This document shows positions 18,852 to 29,526 of a DNA stretch of 64,000 nt, in pieces. Both the position numbers and the translations under genes were made by a program. The stretch is from assembly GCA_902634185.1 (NCBI GenBank), contig CACPJC010000002.1, positions 1 to 64,000 of the forward strand, given 5' to 3'. The notes below the pieces were generated by a model, which searched no databases, was not told the origin of the DNA, and saw nothing but the letters and a program-made list of their open reading frames with translations. Each line of letters starts with the position of its first letter. Positions within the stretch are counted from its first letter, which is position 1. This DNA comes from an uncultured Candidatus Actinomarina sp. (GTDB taxonomy: Bacteria; Actinomycetota; Acidimicrobiia; Actinomarinales; Actinomarinaceae).

Positions 18852-20463
18852 TTTGAAAACCAATAATGTAATCCCTTTACTGTTATTTATAAGCTCATCC
18901 GTTATCACCTTTAGTCTTGGTAATTTATATTACATTTCTACTTCTGGTCCTGACTTTGATAGATACAAAGTATATATTGAATATTTTTATGGATTTCATG
19001 ACGTAACTAATCTTGAACAAGGTGTATTCTACTTTTTCGTTATTTCATTGATAACAAAATTAAGAGATGGGGATAGATTTTTATTTTTTTATGATGAATT
19101 CCTTAGCAATACGTTACAAATAGGTAATTTTATCTTTTACGTATTTGGATTGTTAGGTATGTTTTATCTATTAAAAAAATATAGATTTAAATCAAATGCA
19201 ATCTTTTTAACATTTACATGTTTGAATTTTTTTCCTCCTATGCTTGCAACTCGACTTATTTTCAAACCTGAAATATTGTGTTTTAGCTTGTTGCCATGGG
19301 TATTATTTTTAATTAAAAAGTATGAAGAACAAAAAGATTACAAATATCTTTTAATTTCAATACCTCTTCTCTCAATAATTGTAAATTCGAAAGCAACTGT
19401 ATCCCTCATGATTTTTATATACCTTATTTTAAACTACACACACTTATTAAAAATAAACAAAAGAGAACTTATTGTAATTTTTATTCTTGGAACGATATTT
19501 ACCGCTGGTATTTTTATTGAAAGTCAATCACATAATAGTTTATATACTTTTCAACATCAATCACCTGAGGGATATAAGAACAATGCTGAAATGAGTTTCG
19601 CTTATAATATTGATCCCGTAAGAATTTATACTAATCCATTTTCAAACAACCATAAAGATTCTTTTATTGGTATAACTTTACTTGATACTTTTGGGGATTA
19701 TTTCAATATATATTGGAATAACGATGAAAGTGGTTTTAAACAAAATAGGCACGTATTAAATAATTCTAAAGACAGAGCTCATATAGGCCTATTGCTAACT
19801 ATTGTATTTTATTTCTTTCTTATTGTTTCTGCTTTTACACATAAAAGATACAGAAAATACACTACTTCTGTTTTTATTGGTTCTCTCACAATGCTGTTTA
19901 TTTCTTTATTTATACAATTTGATCCAACTAGTGGTGACATGGTTAAAACCTATTATTATTCTTTTTTTCTTTCATTGAGTTTTACTTTTGTAACTATTAA
20001 CTATCTAAGCAAAATGAATTTTTCAAAATACCTGTTTGTATTAATTTATATAGTTACAGTTTCTTATTTACTTGGTTTTCCAAAAGAAGTAAATGATTTA
20101 AGAAATGATCTCATTTCAACTCAAAATGAAACATCATTATTGTGTGAATTGAATAATAGTTTGTTTGATGTTGATTCAGATTGTACTGATTCAGTAAATA
20201 AATTATGTGATGTAACTTATAGTAAAGAATCAAGGATTGAATTAGTAAATGGTGAATTAGAAGTATTTGTAAACGCAGATACTATTGAAATATTTTCATT
20301 AGATGATAATCAAATTATAAATGTGTCATCTATGGAGGAATGTCTTAAATATTTTGATGATATTAAAAATAATCAATTTCCTTTACCCGTACCCTACTTA
20401 AATATTTTCTTTGTTCTATTACCATTTACCTACATATTCCTTAAAAAAAGCTCAAAATATTAA
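18835..20463 (+). CDS. Polytopic membrane protein, putative GT-C
   Basis: TM1 followed by GPDFDRY; KPE motif; many TM segments; Cys-containing C-terminal domain. Confidence 0.5.
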   Translation: MKFINSLKTNNVIPLLLFISSSVITFSLGNLYYISTSGPDFDRYKVYIEYFYGFHDVTNLEQGVFYFFVISLITKLRDGDRFLFFYDEFLSNTLQIGNFIFYVFGLLGMFYLLKKYRFKSNAIFLTFTCLNFFPPMLATRLIFKPEILCFSLLPWVLFLIKKYEEQKDYKYLLISIPLLSIIVNSKATVSLMIFIYLILNYTHLLKINKRELIVIFILGTIFTAGIFIESQSHNSLYTFQHQSPEGYKNNAEMSFAYNIDPVRIYTNPFSNNHKDSFIGITLLDTFGDYFNIYWNNDESGFKQNRHVLNNSKDRAHIGLLLTIVFYFFLIVSAFTHKRYRKYTTSVFIGSLTMLFISLFIQFDPTSGDMVKTYYYSFFLSLSFTFVTINYLSKMNFSKYLFVLIYIVTVSYLLGFPKEVNDLRNDLISTQNETSLLCELNNSLFDVDSDCTDSVNKLCDVTYSKESRIELVNGELEVFVNADTIEIFSLDDNQIINVSSMEECLKYFDDIKNNQFPLPVPYLNIFFVLLPFTYIFLKKSSKY

Positions 20464-21413
20464 AGCTTTTTACTTTTTCGAAGAAAAAGTGAAATTACAG
20501 AGTAATAAAAAAGGCTTAGAGGATATCGAGCTGAGAGGATTTCTCCATTAAAAACTATTGTGAGTAACTGTTTGAAGGTATTCATTTTCCAATTGTTATA
20601 AATGTGATATTTTTTCCCATTTATTCTTCTATAAGTATCATGATAAGGATCTGAGTTTTTCTCTAAAGCACCTCTTACAGACCAGGGTTTAAATTTTCCT
20701 GAATAATGAATGAAAAATATTTCTTCTTTTGTTTCGTAACTACTCTCAGTTTTTTTAGATAAAATATATTGAAATTGATAATTTAGATTTTTTTCTAATT
20801 CTAAGAAGTCTCCATAAAAATGAATATTTAATAAATCTTGATCCCAGTATTTTAAATTAAAAGAGTTTTGATTTAATTTATCTATTAAATTTGCTGAGGT
20901 ATTAAATTTATTCCATTTTTGATAATCGATAATCATAAAACCTGCATTAAAATACTTGACCGGATCAAGTCCAAACCGATTTAAATTCTCTGGTGAATCA
21001 AGCCCAAATTCTGTAGTACAAGCAATAATTGAGTCTGACTTTGATAATAAATTAATTTTATTTTTTAGGACAGGAACTGGATCATTTACACATATAAAGT
21101 CAGCATCGAGATATATAAGTGAATTTATTGTGTTATCAATATAATCAGATAAGAATAATCGAAAATAGGTTGCTGAGGAAACATGTACTTCCTCAAGATT
21201 CGGGTAGTCATGTGTTCCCTTAAATTTTTTTAAAAAGATATTATTTAGGTTTTTATGTTCAAGAATTTTTGTATCAAGAAAACCTGTATCTTCTGAGTCT
21301 GAATGAATGATAAAAATATTAATTTTTTCTGTCACATTTTCTAACAATGAAAATATTGAATTATTACCTTGTATTCTATAATTTTTATCAAAACAGTAAA
21401 GAAAATTTATCAC
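20460..21413 (-). CDS. GT8 glycosyltransferase
   Basis: ATYFRL, YLDAD, YFNAG, DQDLLN, HYSGKFKPW. Confidence 0.9.
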   Translation of the reverse strand: MINFLYCFDKNYRIQGNNSIFSLLENVTEKINIFIIHSDSEDTGFLDTKILEHKNLNNIFLKKFKGTHDYPNLEEVHVSSATYFRLFLSDYIDNTINSLIYLDADFICVNDPVPVLKNKINLLSKSDSIIACTTEFGLDSPENLNRFGLDPVKYFNAGFMIIDYQKWNKFNTSANLIDKLNQNSFNLKYWDQDLLNIHFYGDFLELEKNLNYQFQYILSKKTESSYETKEEIFFIHYSGKFKPWSVRGALEKNSDPYHDTYRRINGKKYHIYNNWKMNTFKQLLTIVFNGEILSARYPLSLFYYSVISLFLRKSKKL

Positions 21414-21479
21414 TCAAAATAATGTTAATTATAAAAATATATAATGGAATGACATAAACTGAGTTTTATAAATAAACAA

Positions 21480-22514
21480 ATGAACCAAGAAATAATATTT
21501 TCTAACAATTTTGCTGAAAACTGTGATTTAATATTTTCCCAATCGGTTTCTGAGGAACAATTCAACACATTTAGTAGTCAAAACAAAAAAATTATTTTTA
21601 AAACAATAAATGATCAATTTTCTTCAATTACTTTTTCTTTAGATACATTCACACTCTATGAAAATGATCTTGTTTATTGCCACTCAGATTTGTTAGAAGA
21701 ATTTTTCTTAAAGGTTAGAGAATGTAAGTTTAAAAATATAAAATTAATTTCTAATCAATCAGATAGGATTATTCAAAATAATTTGTATAGAAAAAAACCA
21801 TCATGTATCTCAACTTGGTACGCTATCAATATAAATGTCAATAGAGATGATTTAATTCCTATACCACTTGGTTTATCAAATCCATTCTCAAAGAAAAACT
21901 TATCGTTTAATGACTTTGATAATCCTTTTGATAACAACAATTTTGAACAAAAAAAACATGCCCTTTATATCAATTTCAATAAAAATACAAATTACAAGGA
22001 GAGAGCAAAACTTTACGAGAAATTCAAGAATAAAGAATGGTCTATTATTAAAAACCCAATTCTAAATAATGAGGGTTATAAAAAAGATCTAAGTGAATAT
22101 AAGTTTGTTTTATGTCCATGGGGTAATGGAATTGATACTCACAGAATATATGAATCACTTTATTCAGGATGTATTCCAATAATTAAAAAACATAAAACTT
22201 ATAATAATCTTGAAGGGCTTCCAATTTTATTTGTAAATTCTTATGATGAAATAAATCTTGATTTACTAAATGAGTTTTCAAGTAACTTAAACCTTGAAGA
22301 AATAAATTTAGAAAAACTAAATATTAACTGGTGGATTAATAAAATTAGACAAACTGAAATTAGCTCAACAAATATAAAATTTACTTCGAAACCAAAAAAA
22401 ATACAAACAATGTACCTAGTTAATAAATTAAAGCTTAAGTACAAAATAAAAAGTTTGAATAAAAAACTGTATTTCTTTTACGTAAGAGTCTTGAATAAAT
22501 TAACTATAAATTGA
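21480..22514 (+). CDS. Exostosin/GT47-like glycosyltransferase
   Basis: PIPLGL; FVLCPWGNGIDTHRIYESLYSGCIP. Confidence 0.7.
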   Translation: MNQEIIFSNNFAENCDLIFSQSVSEEQFNTFSSQNKKIIFKTINDQFSSITFSLDTFTLYENDLVYCHSDLLEEFFLKVRECKFKNIKLISNQSDRIIQNNLYRKKPSCISTWYAININVNRDDLIPIPLGLSNPFSKKNLSFNDFDNPFDNNNFEQKKHALYINFNKNTNYKERAKLYEKFKNKEWSIIKNPILNNEGYKKDLSEYKFVLCPWGNGIDTHRIYESLYSGCIPIIKKHKTYNNLEGLPILFVNSYDEINLDLLNEFSSNLNLEEINLEKLNINWWINKIRQTEISSTNIKFTSKPKKIQTMYLVNKLKLKYKIKSLNKKLYFFYVRVLNKLTIN

Positions 22515-22555
22515 TAAAGAATTCTAAAAAATTATTATGTTATTATTCGTAGATA

Positions 22556-23329
22556 ATGGAAAACCTAGACTCAATTAATAAGATTCTTCAATTAGGTACC
22601 TGGTATCACACGTTTGAGATAAATAATATAAAAACTAAAGGAACATACGACTACACAAGTCTTGTAAATGAACTATCATTTCCAAAATTAGACAACATGA
22701 AAATACTTGACGTTGGTTGTTCAGATGGTTTCTTTTCTAAATATTTTGTAGAAGAGCTTGGGGCAGACTATGTATTAGGGGTCGATATTAATAAATATGA
22801 CAGCTCTATTGCTTTTGAAGTTCTTAATTCTTTCGAAAATGAATATTCAGCAAAATATGAATCACATAACGACTTTGACCTTCTCTCTGGAGAATATAAA
22901 GAATTAGGTTTAGAAAATTCAAATAAATATCTTTTTATAAAAAAAGTTTTAGGTTTAAACATAGATTTTGAATATGGCTCTATCTACAATCTATCAAAAT
23001 TCGATAATTTTGATGTTACTTTCTGTGGTTCATTACTCGAACATTTGAGAGATCCCATAACTGCAATAGAACAATTATATTTTAAGACAAACAACTTTTG
23101 TATTATTGATATTTCAAATACAATCAAATCATCTTTTTTTCAAAGAAGAAAAGCTTTACTAGAGTACACAGGAGCAGGAGGTAATTTCTTTAGATACACA
23201 AATGACTCAGTAAAACTAATGATGGAAACTATTGGGTTTAAAAATGTAAAGATTTTAAATAACTATAAAATTAAAATAGAAAAGTATGATTATCATATTC
23301 CCCATTCGTTAATTATTGGATATAAGTAA
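22556..23329 (+). CDS. SAM methyltransferase (CmoB/DUF1698-like)
   Basis: WYHTFEI, LDVGCSDGFF, FDVTFCGSLLEHLRDP. Confidence 0.8.
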   Translation: MENLDSINKILQLGTWYHTFEINNIKTKGTYDYTSLVNELSFPKLDNMKILDVGCSDGFFSKYFVEELGADYVLGVDINKYDSSIAFEVLNSFENEYSAKYESHNDFDLLSGEYKELGLENSNKYLFIKKVLGLNIDFEYGSIYNLSKFDNFDVTFCGSLLEHLRDPITAIEQLYFKTNNFCIIDISNTIKSSFFQRRKALLEYTGAGGNFFRYTNDSVKLMMETIGFKNVKILNNYKIKIEKYDYHIPHSLIIGYK

Positions 23330-23330
23330 T

Positions 23331-24446
23331 TTAGGGTTTTAACACATTCCAGTTTGACTCATCAGGGTTAATCGTATTAAAAATCATTGATAACGCCCAA
23401 ACTAGTAGAGTTGTACCATGAAGATCAGGTAAATTTGGCCCATTCGAGATCTTCAAGCCGTAATAATGGGTTTGACTTTTATTAATAAAATAAGAAAAAC
23501 CTCCATCTTCAAAACTATGGTGTTTAATCAAAGATATTAAATCCTTTAAATAATTTATTACATCATCTCTTTTATAAGTTGTTTGAAGAGAGCACCGATA
23601 GAGTACATAAACAATGTCAACTAAATCACACCCCTCTTGTGATGGTTTACTAGTTAAACATAGATCAATTAATTTCTCAGGAAAATGTATTTCTTTATCA
23701 ATCCAGTCAAGACCAGTTAATACTTTCATTACTCCATTTATTGTTTCACTAGAATTTGTTATTTTGCCTTTTTGATATATTCCATATTCCGTATTTACCA
23801 ATTTATCAGAAAATTCTCTAAGGTAATTTATTGTTATCTCTTTTTCTTCATATTGTTGTGTTTGAGCAAATACACAAATTCCAGCATACTGAGCCCCGGA
23901 AGACCATGGTAAGTTCCAATCTAATCCACTTAAAAAGTCTTCTATATCTTTAGGCTTTTTTGGGAAATCAATATAAGGTTTCAAGTTTGTAGATTCTACC
24001 TCATATAAACTTGATATTGCTTGTTTCGTTTCTGCCCTTATCGAAGTTGCAATCTTTTGATTTTTCAATTCATAATTTTTTTTTGAAACCATGTTGATTA
24101 GTTTCTTTAATTCAAATTTAACATTTTGTGAAAATTCTAATTTTTCATAGCCATTTAAAAACTCATCATCAATAAATGAATTTAATGGATAAGATTTATA
24201 ATTTTTTTGAAAACTATTTAAGTAGAGCTTCCACCCACTTGAATCTTTTTCATCAAGTTCATTCCAGATATTTAATATATGAAACAATTTAAGCGCATAA
24301 CAACTAAATCCTAGATTTAGCTTTCCTCCAACCTCTGTAAAGTCTTTTTTTAAAGGATAGAATGTAAAACTATTTTCTTCTTTTTTAATTGAGTTTAAAA
24401 AATTTACTGTTCTTTCGTGAAGACCCTCTAGCCATTTATCATTCAA
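23331..24446 (-). CDS. Hypothetical protein with prenyltransferase/terpene-cyclase-like helical repeats
   Basis: DGGFSYF, PWSSGA, DLHGT motifs; helical repeat character. Confidence 0.5.
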   Translation of the reverse strand: MNDKWLEGLHERTVNFLNSIKKEENSFTFYPLKKDFTEVGGKLNLGFSCYALKLFHILNIWNELDEKDSSGWKLYLNSFQKNYKSYPLNSFIDDEFLNGYEKLEFSQNVKFELKKLINMVSKKNYELKNQKIATSIRAETKQAISSLYEVESTNLKPYIDFPKKPKDIEDFLSGLDWNLPWSSGAQYAGICVFAQTQQYEEKEITINYLREFSDKLVNTEYGIYQKGKITNSSETINGVMKVLTGLDWIDKEIHFPEKLIDLCLTSKPSQEGCDLVDIVYVLYRCSLQTTYKRDDVINYLKDLISLIKHHSFEDGGFSYFINKSQTHYYGLKISNGPNLPDLHGTTLLVWALSMIFNTINPDESNWNVLKP

Positions 24447-24452
24447 AGTAAT

Positions 24453-25334
24453 TTACTCCTGAATTTTGTTATTTTTATATAAACCTACAAATCTATATTC
24501 GCTAAATGCAACGAGACTAAAATTGTTGTCATACAGCATTTTATTTACGGGAACAATTGTCATTTCTTCATTAGTACCCCTTTCAGCACCAAAATCAATA
24601 GAAATATATTCAATTTTTTCAAAAAGATTTTTTGCTCCTATTAAAACTTCTGGTTCATGGCCTTCTGCATCAATCTTGAGCAGTTTAATTTTTCCAAAAT
24701 TAAAACTGTCAAGTCTTGAAGTTTCAATTTCGATAAAATTATTTTCTCCAAAGTACACCAATGAAGAATTTCCACCAAAGTTATCGAGATAAAATTTATT
24801 TACACCTTCTATGTTTGATAATCCCTTGTTAAATAATTCAACCGAATCATCTGAGCAATTCTTTTCTAGACATTCAAAGGTCTCTTTGTCAGGCTCAAAT
24901 CCAAAATACTTAAAATTAATATTTTTTAACTTTAATGCTCTTGATAATTCACCAACATTAGATCCACAATCAACAATTACATTCTCTTTGTCAAAATCTA
25001 CTTTATGCAAGCAATAAGTTAAAAATAGACGGTCTAGATTTGATTTATAGTCAACTACTGATCGGAGTATTCTTTTATTTGGATAACAAATGTTATCTTT
25101 ATTTTTACTTATTTTATAATACTTTCCATCCTCATAAAATATTTTCCCATCTGCTCTGAACAAAAGATTAATTAAAGAACAAAACAATTTTCCATCTGTT
25201 TTGTTTACTATAAATCCTACTAATTTACCTTTAATAACAAATAAAGATTTCTTCAATACATTTAAGGAATCTAAGTCTGTGTCCTTTTGCATAAAAGGAG
25301 GTAGATTGATTAAATAAGGAAGAGTGTCTTTCAT
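24453..25334 (-). CDS. FkbM family methyltransferase
   Basis: DCGSNVG, FEP, LLKIDAEGHE. Confidence 0.9.
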   Translation of the reverse strand: MKDTLPYLINLPPFMQKDTDLDSLNVLKKSLFVIKGKLVGFIVNKTDGKLFCSLINLLFRADGKIFYEDGKYYKISKNKDNICYPNKRILRSVVDYKSNLDRLFLTYCLHKVDFDKENVIVDCGSNVGELSRALKLKNINFKYFGFEPDKETFECLEKNCSDDSVELFNKGLSNIEGVNKFYLDNFGGNSSLVYFGENNFIEIETSRLDSFNFGKIKLLKIDAEGHEPEVLIGAKNLFEKIEYISIDFGAERGTNEEMTIVPVNKMLYDNNFSLVAFSEYRFVGLYKNNKIQE

Positions 25335-25433
25335 AGCTCAATTATAAAATACAATCAATATTTATATTTGTTTTAATTTAAAGAGTGAAAAATCATAACT
25401 TAAATCTGTAATAGTTATTATTGAATAAAGATA

Positions 25434-26363
25434 ATGTCTGAGTTAAACGTTTTAGTTTTAGGTGGTAATGGTCTCGTTGGATCTGCGGTATGTCGAAATC
25501 TAGATGTATCACCAAAAGTAGGTAAATTAATTAAATCTACAAGAGAAGATACTGATTTGTTTTCTATCGAAGAAACAAAAAAACTTATTTCAGATGTAAA
25601 ACCTGATGTACTAATTAATGCAGCCGCAAAAGTTGGTGGTATTTATGCAAATGATACTCAAAGAACATCATTTATCATTGATAATTTAAAAATAAACATG
25701 AACATTCTAGAATCTTGTATTGAAAATAATCAAATTAAAATTTTAAACCTTGGATCAAGTTGCATCTATCCATTAAATGCTGATAATCCAATAAACGAAA
25801 AATCAATAATGTCTGGCACTCTAGAGCCTACTAACTCTCCATATGCCATGGCTAAATTATCTTCGATTGAAATTGGTGATGCTATGACAAAAGAGTATGG
25901 ACATAAAATAATCAATCTTATGCCAACTAACTTATATGGTCCAAATGATAATTTTTCGGAAACTACAAGCCATGTTATCCCAGGATTAATTTCGAGAATG
26001 TATAAGTCTAAAATGAATAATGAAGAAACTTTTGAGATTTGGGGGACAGGAGATCCACTTAGAGAATTCCTATACGTTGACGATTTAGCAGATGCAATAG
26101 AATTCATCCTTGATCTTGATACGGAAGAGACTTTAATAAACGTTGGATCTGGTGAAGAAATTTCAATAAATGATCTTGCAACAAATATTAAAGAAATTAT
26201 TGGATACGAAGGGGAGCTAACATACGATGAGGAAAAACCAGACGGTAATCCAAGAAAATTACTTGATAGCTCTTTAATAAACAGTTTAGGTTGGGAAAGC
26301 TTTACAAAATTGAATGATGGACTTTCCAAAACTTTTGATTGGTATAAAGAAAATTTTATTTAA
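25434..26363 (+). CDS. fcl: GDP-L-fucose synthase
   Basis: GGNGLVG, AAAKVGGI, GSSCIYP, YAMAK, MPTNLYGPNDNF, KPDGNPRK. Confidence 0.95.
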   Translation: MSELNVLVLGGNGLVGSAVCRNLDVSPKVGKLIKSTREDTDLFSIEETKKLISDVKPDVLINAAAKVGGIYANDTQRTSFIIDNLKINMNILESCIENNQIKILNLGSSCIYPLNADNPINEKSIMSGTLEPTNSPYAMAKLSSIEIGDAMTKEYGHKIINLMPTNLYGPNDNFSETTSHVIPGLISRMYKSKMNNEETFEIWGTGDPLREFLYVDDLADAIEFILDLDTEETLINVGSGEEISINDLATNIKEIIGYEGELTYDEEKPDGNPRKLLDSSLINSLGWESFTKLNDGLSKTFDWYKENFI

Positions 26364-27397
26364 TTCTTTTCAGGATGCTCCCAAGTAGGTTTTAGGAGAC
26401 CTTCTTTAAAAAGTACGCTTTCTTTTTTTGCTTGCTCTAAATCACTATCAACCATTAGGTTTACCAATTCTTCAAAGGAGGTTTTTGGCTGCCACCCTAA
26501 TTCTTTTTCAGCCTTTGAGTAATCACCAAGTAAATATTCAACTTCATTTGGTCTAAAGTATTTTTCAGATATATCTACGTACTTTTCCCATTCAAGATTT
26601 AATCTGCCAAACGCGTGTTTAAGAAATTCTTTAACTGTGTGTGTTTCACCAGTAGCTAGGACCCAATCATCAGCTGATTTATGTTGCATCATTAGCCACA
26701 TTCCCTCAACATAATCACCTGCAAAACCCCAATCCCTTGATGCATCCAAATTGCCAAGTGTAAGTTTTTTTTGTAAACCGTAGTGGATTCTTGTAACCGC
26801 TTTTGTTATTTTTCTTGTAACGAATGTTTCCCCTCTAAAGGGTGATTCATGATTAAAAAGAATCCCATTTACACAAAATAAATCATATGACTCTCTATAA
26901 AGTTTTGTAATATTATGCGCAAAAACTTTTGATGCTGCATATGGACTTTTTGGATCAAATAAAGATTTTTCATTCAACTTTTCTTTTGTGGCTCCTCCAT
27001 ACATTTCAGAAGAGGATGCTTGATAATATTTTATTTGTTTGTCAGCATGCTTCACTGCCTCTAGTAAGGATACTGAACCTAATGTTCCAGTTTGTGTTGT
27101 AAATATTGGATTTTTAAATGAGACTGCTACATGAGATTGTGCAGCAAGGTTATAAACTTCATCAGGACCAATGGAACTCACTAAATTATATAAAGAGGCC
27201 GAATCAAGTAGATCAGAGTAATGAAGATGTAATTTATTTTTTGGAGAGTACTCTGATATTAAGTCATCAATTCTGAGAGTATTAATATTTGATGATCTTC
27301 TAACAGTTCCATGAATTTCATAATCTTTTTCAAGTAAAAATTTAGCTAAATAATAACCGTCTTGACCCGTAATTCCAGTAATTAATGCTTTTTTCAT
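26360..27397 (-). CDS. gmd: GDP-mannose 4,6-dehydratase
   Basis: ALITGITGQDG, YNLAAQSHV, GILFNHESP, RGETFVTRK, RDWG. Confidence 0.95.
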   Translation of the reverse strand: MKKALITGITGQDGYYLAKFLLEKDYEIHGTVRRSSNINTLRIDDLISEYSPKNKLHLHYSDLLDSASLYNLVSSIGPDEVYNLAAQSHVAVSFKNPIFTTQTGTLGSVSLLEAVKHADKQIKYYQASSSEMYGGATKEKLNEKSLFDPKSPYAASKVFAHNITKLYRESYDLFCVNGILFNHESPFRGETFVTRKITKAVTRIHYGLQKKLTLGNLDASRDWGFAGDYVEGMWLMMQHKSADDWVLATGETHTVKEFLKHAFGRLNLEWEKYVDISEKYFRPNEVEYLLGDYSKAEKELGWQPKTSFEELVNLMVDSDLEQAKKESVLFKEGLLKPTWEHPEKN

Positions 27398-27427
27398 TTA
27401 ATAACTATCTTTAGTTTCTAAATCTAA

Positions 27428-28789
27428 TCATAAGCCTTTTCTTATAAAGTATCCATAGAAGGAATAAAAAATAAGTGGAAAATTTACACCCTCCATTGTC
27501 GCATCAAAGTTTGCTAATAACATTAAAGGAAATACATAAATTAAGATTTTGTAATTTGAATTCTTTTTTACATATGTCTGAATTAAAAGTAAGTGCAAAG
27601 CAATAAAAAATAAGACATTTGGTAATCCTCCTCTTGCTAAAATATTTACAAAATAATTATGAACATTTTCATTTAAACCATCTCTACCTAATCTTCCTGG
27701 TGCAGAAGGATCTTTCATAACCGGTATTATCTCTTTGTATCCATATCCCTTTAAAACTAAATTTTTATTTCCTAGGTCTTCAAATACATCTTGCCATATA
27801 TCGAGTCTCCAGTCAGTGGTTGGATCACCCGAATAAAGTCTTCCATCTTCAAAATAGAAAAGTAAAGAATCTCTCGTATTTTTTTGATCTGAAATACCAC
27901 CAAAAGTATCAGTTATTTCTTGTAATCGAGACACTTCGGGATCTTTTTCAAAACTAAAATTTCCATATACGCGATATCCTGAAAAGATAAATAAAGGTAT
28001 TGATATCGCCAAAGTAACAAAAAATGTAAGATGATTTTTTCTTATTGCTGGAATAAAATAAGGAAGGCTGATAATTAAATAGATCGTAGCCGCAACAAAA
28101 GAGGCTCTACTATTAAATAGCAGTAAAGGTAAAAAAAGACTGATAATCCCAAAAAAATAAATTATTTTTAATTTTTCATTTTTTAATAAAACATTCAATA
28201 GAAGAGTACAGGAAATTAATGCAATGGTTAAATCTGAACCTTTAATAAACACAAATTTATCAGAAAACGATATAAAGAAATCAATAATAAAATTTGGATA
28301 ATTTCCAGTAGAAATAATGTATATTGAAGGAAGAATTGCTAATAAAGCCCAAGATGTTAATTTATCAAAATTAAATTTTGATAAAAAATAATATCCAAAA
28401 AACAAAAATGATACTGTCCATATATAAGAACTACTCCTAAAAGTATACGGGTCAAGAATAGAAGTTTCTCTTAAAAATAGTGTCAAAATGAAGTAAGTAA
28501 TTACAAGTTTGTAAATATAAATTAAATAATTATTTTTTAATTCAAAAAAATATTTTGTAGGGGTAAAAAGAATTAATAGTGAAAATAATAAACTTAATAA
28601 AATTAAAATTTCTCCAAGCCTGTAGTCAAATAGATAAATACCGACTACAGGTCTTGAAAAAAATAAAGACAAAAAAATTATTGCATGAATAATAAAACTA
28701 AATATATATTTAGCACGTAAAGGAACCTTTCTATATACAGTTAAAAAGTTAAGAAACAACTTATCGTAGATTTTCTTTAAAGATACCAT
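27428..28789 (-). CDS. O-antigen ligase/Wzy_C-like membrane protein
   Basis: SRA motif, WRLDIW, GYG, HNYFVNILARGG. Confidence 0.75.
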   Translation of the reverse strand: MVSLKKIYDKLFLNFLTVYRKVPLRAKYIFSFIIHAIIFLSLFFSRPVVGIYLFDYRLGEILILLSLLFSLLILFTPTKYFFELKNNYLIYIYKLVITYFILTLFLRETSILDPYTFRSSSYIWTVSFLFFGYYFLSKFNFDKLTSWALLAILPSIYIISTGNYPNFIIDFFISFSDKFVFIKGSDLTIALISCTLLLNVLLKNEKLKIIYFFGIISLFLPLLLFNSRASFVAATIYLIISLPYFIPAIRKNHLTFFVTLAISIPLFIFSGYRVYGNFSFEKDPEVSRLQEITDTFGGISDQKNTRDSLLFYFEDGRLYSGDPTTDWRLDIWQDVFEDLGNKNLVLKGYGYKEIIPVMKDPSAPGRLGRDGLNENVHNYFVNILARGGLPNVLFFIALHLLLIQTYVKKNSNYKILIYVFPLMLLANFDATMEGVNFPLIFYSFYGYFIRKGL

Positions 28790-29481
28790 TCGTTTAGTTC
28801 TTTCATCTTAGGAATTTTTTTAGTGCTATCAAGATAATTAAAATGAATAATAGCTGGATCTAAATTTTCTTTATAAGAATAGAAATGGGGTCCGTTAGGA
28901 AAATCATTTAATGATAATATTTCATATTTAAATTTAGATAAATTTCTGTTTATATGTGTTTGATCGTGAGTTTTATATCCCAATATCTTTTCTACAGGTA
29001 ATTTTTGAGGATCAAAGAATTTAATCATTTTTTTGTTTGACTTAATCATCATAAATCCTGCACAGACATTTATTAGATTTGGTTTTGAGGGTCTCTTATC
29101 ATTTTGAAAAACTATATCATTTTTCTTAATTTTATTTAATAAAAAATTTTTTATGTTTTTTTTAATTACTATATCACCATCAATGTAAAGAACATACTCG
29201 TTCTCTAATAGCGTTGAGTGTATAACCTTTAACTTTTGAATCATGACTTTTGCAAAATTTTCAGAACCATATGGTAATAAATTATTTAATTCCACTACAT
29301 TTTGTTCATCAAACTTATTTATATTTTTAGTATGTTCTTGAAAAAAAATTTCAGATTTATTGTCTGGTACAAATACTTCTATATCGAGATCTATATTATT
29401 CTTTTCAATTGACTTGAGTAAATTCAATGTAAGGTCTTTGTATCCATACGTTGTTGTCGTAATTGCTTTGAAGTTAGCCAT
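28777..29481 (-). CDS. Nucleotide-diphospho-sugar transferase (GT77-like)
   Basis: VLYIDGDIV, FQND, CAGFM, DQ, FPNG, IHFNY. Confidence 0.75.
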   Translation of the reverse strand: MANFKAITTTTYGYKDLTLNLLKSIEKNNIDLDIEVFVPDNKSEIFFQEHTKNINKFDEQNVVELNNLLPYGSENFAKVMIQKLKVIHSTLLENEYVLYIDGDIVIKKNIKNFLLNKIKKNDIVFQNDKRPSKPNLINVCAGFMMIKSNKKMIKFFDPQKLPVEKILGYKTHDQTHINRNLSKFKYEILSLNDFPNGPHFYSYKENLDPAIIHFNYLDSTKKIPKMKELNEWYL

Positions 29482-29526
29482 TTACATTATGTTACTTAAA
29501 GTTGAAATATAAACTTTAGGATATTT

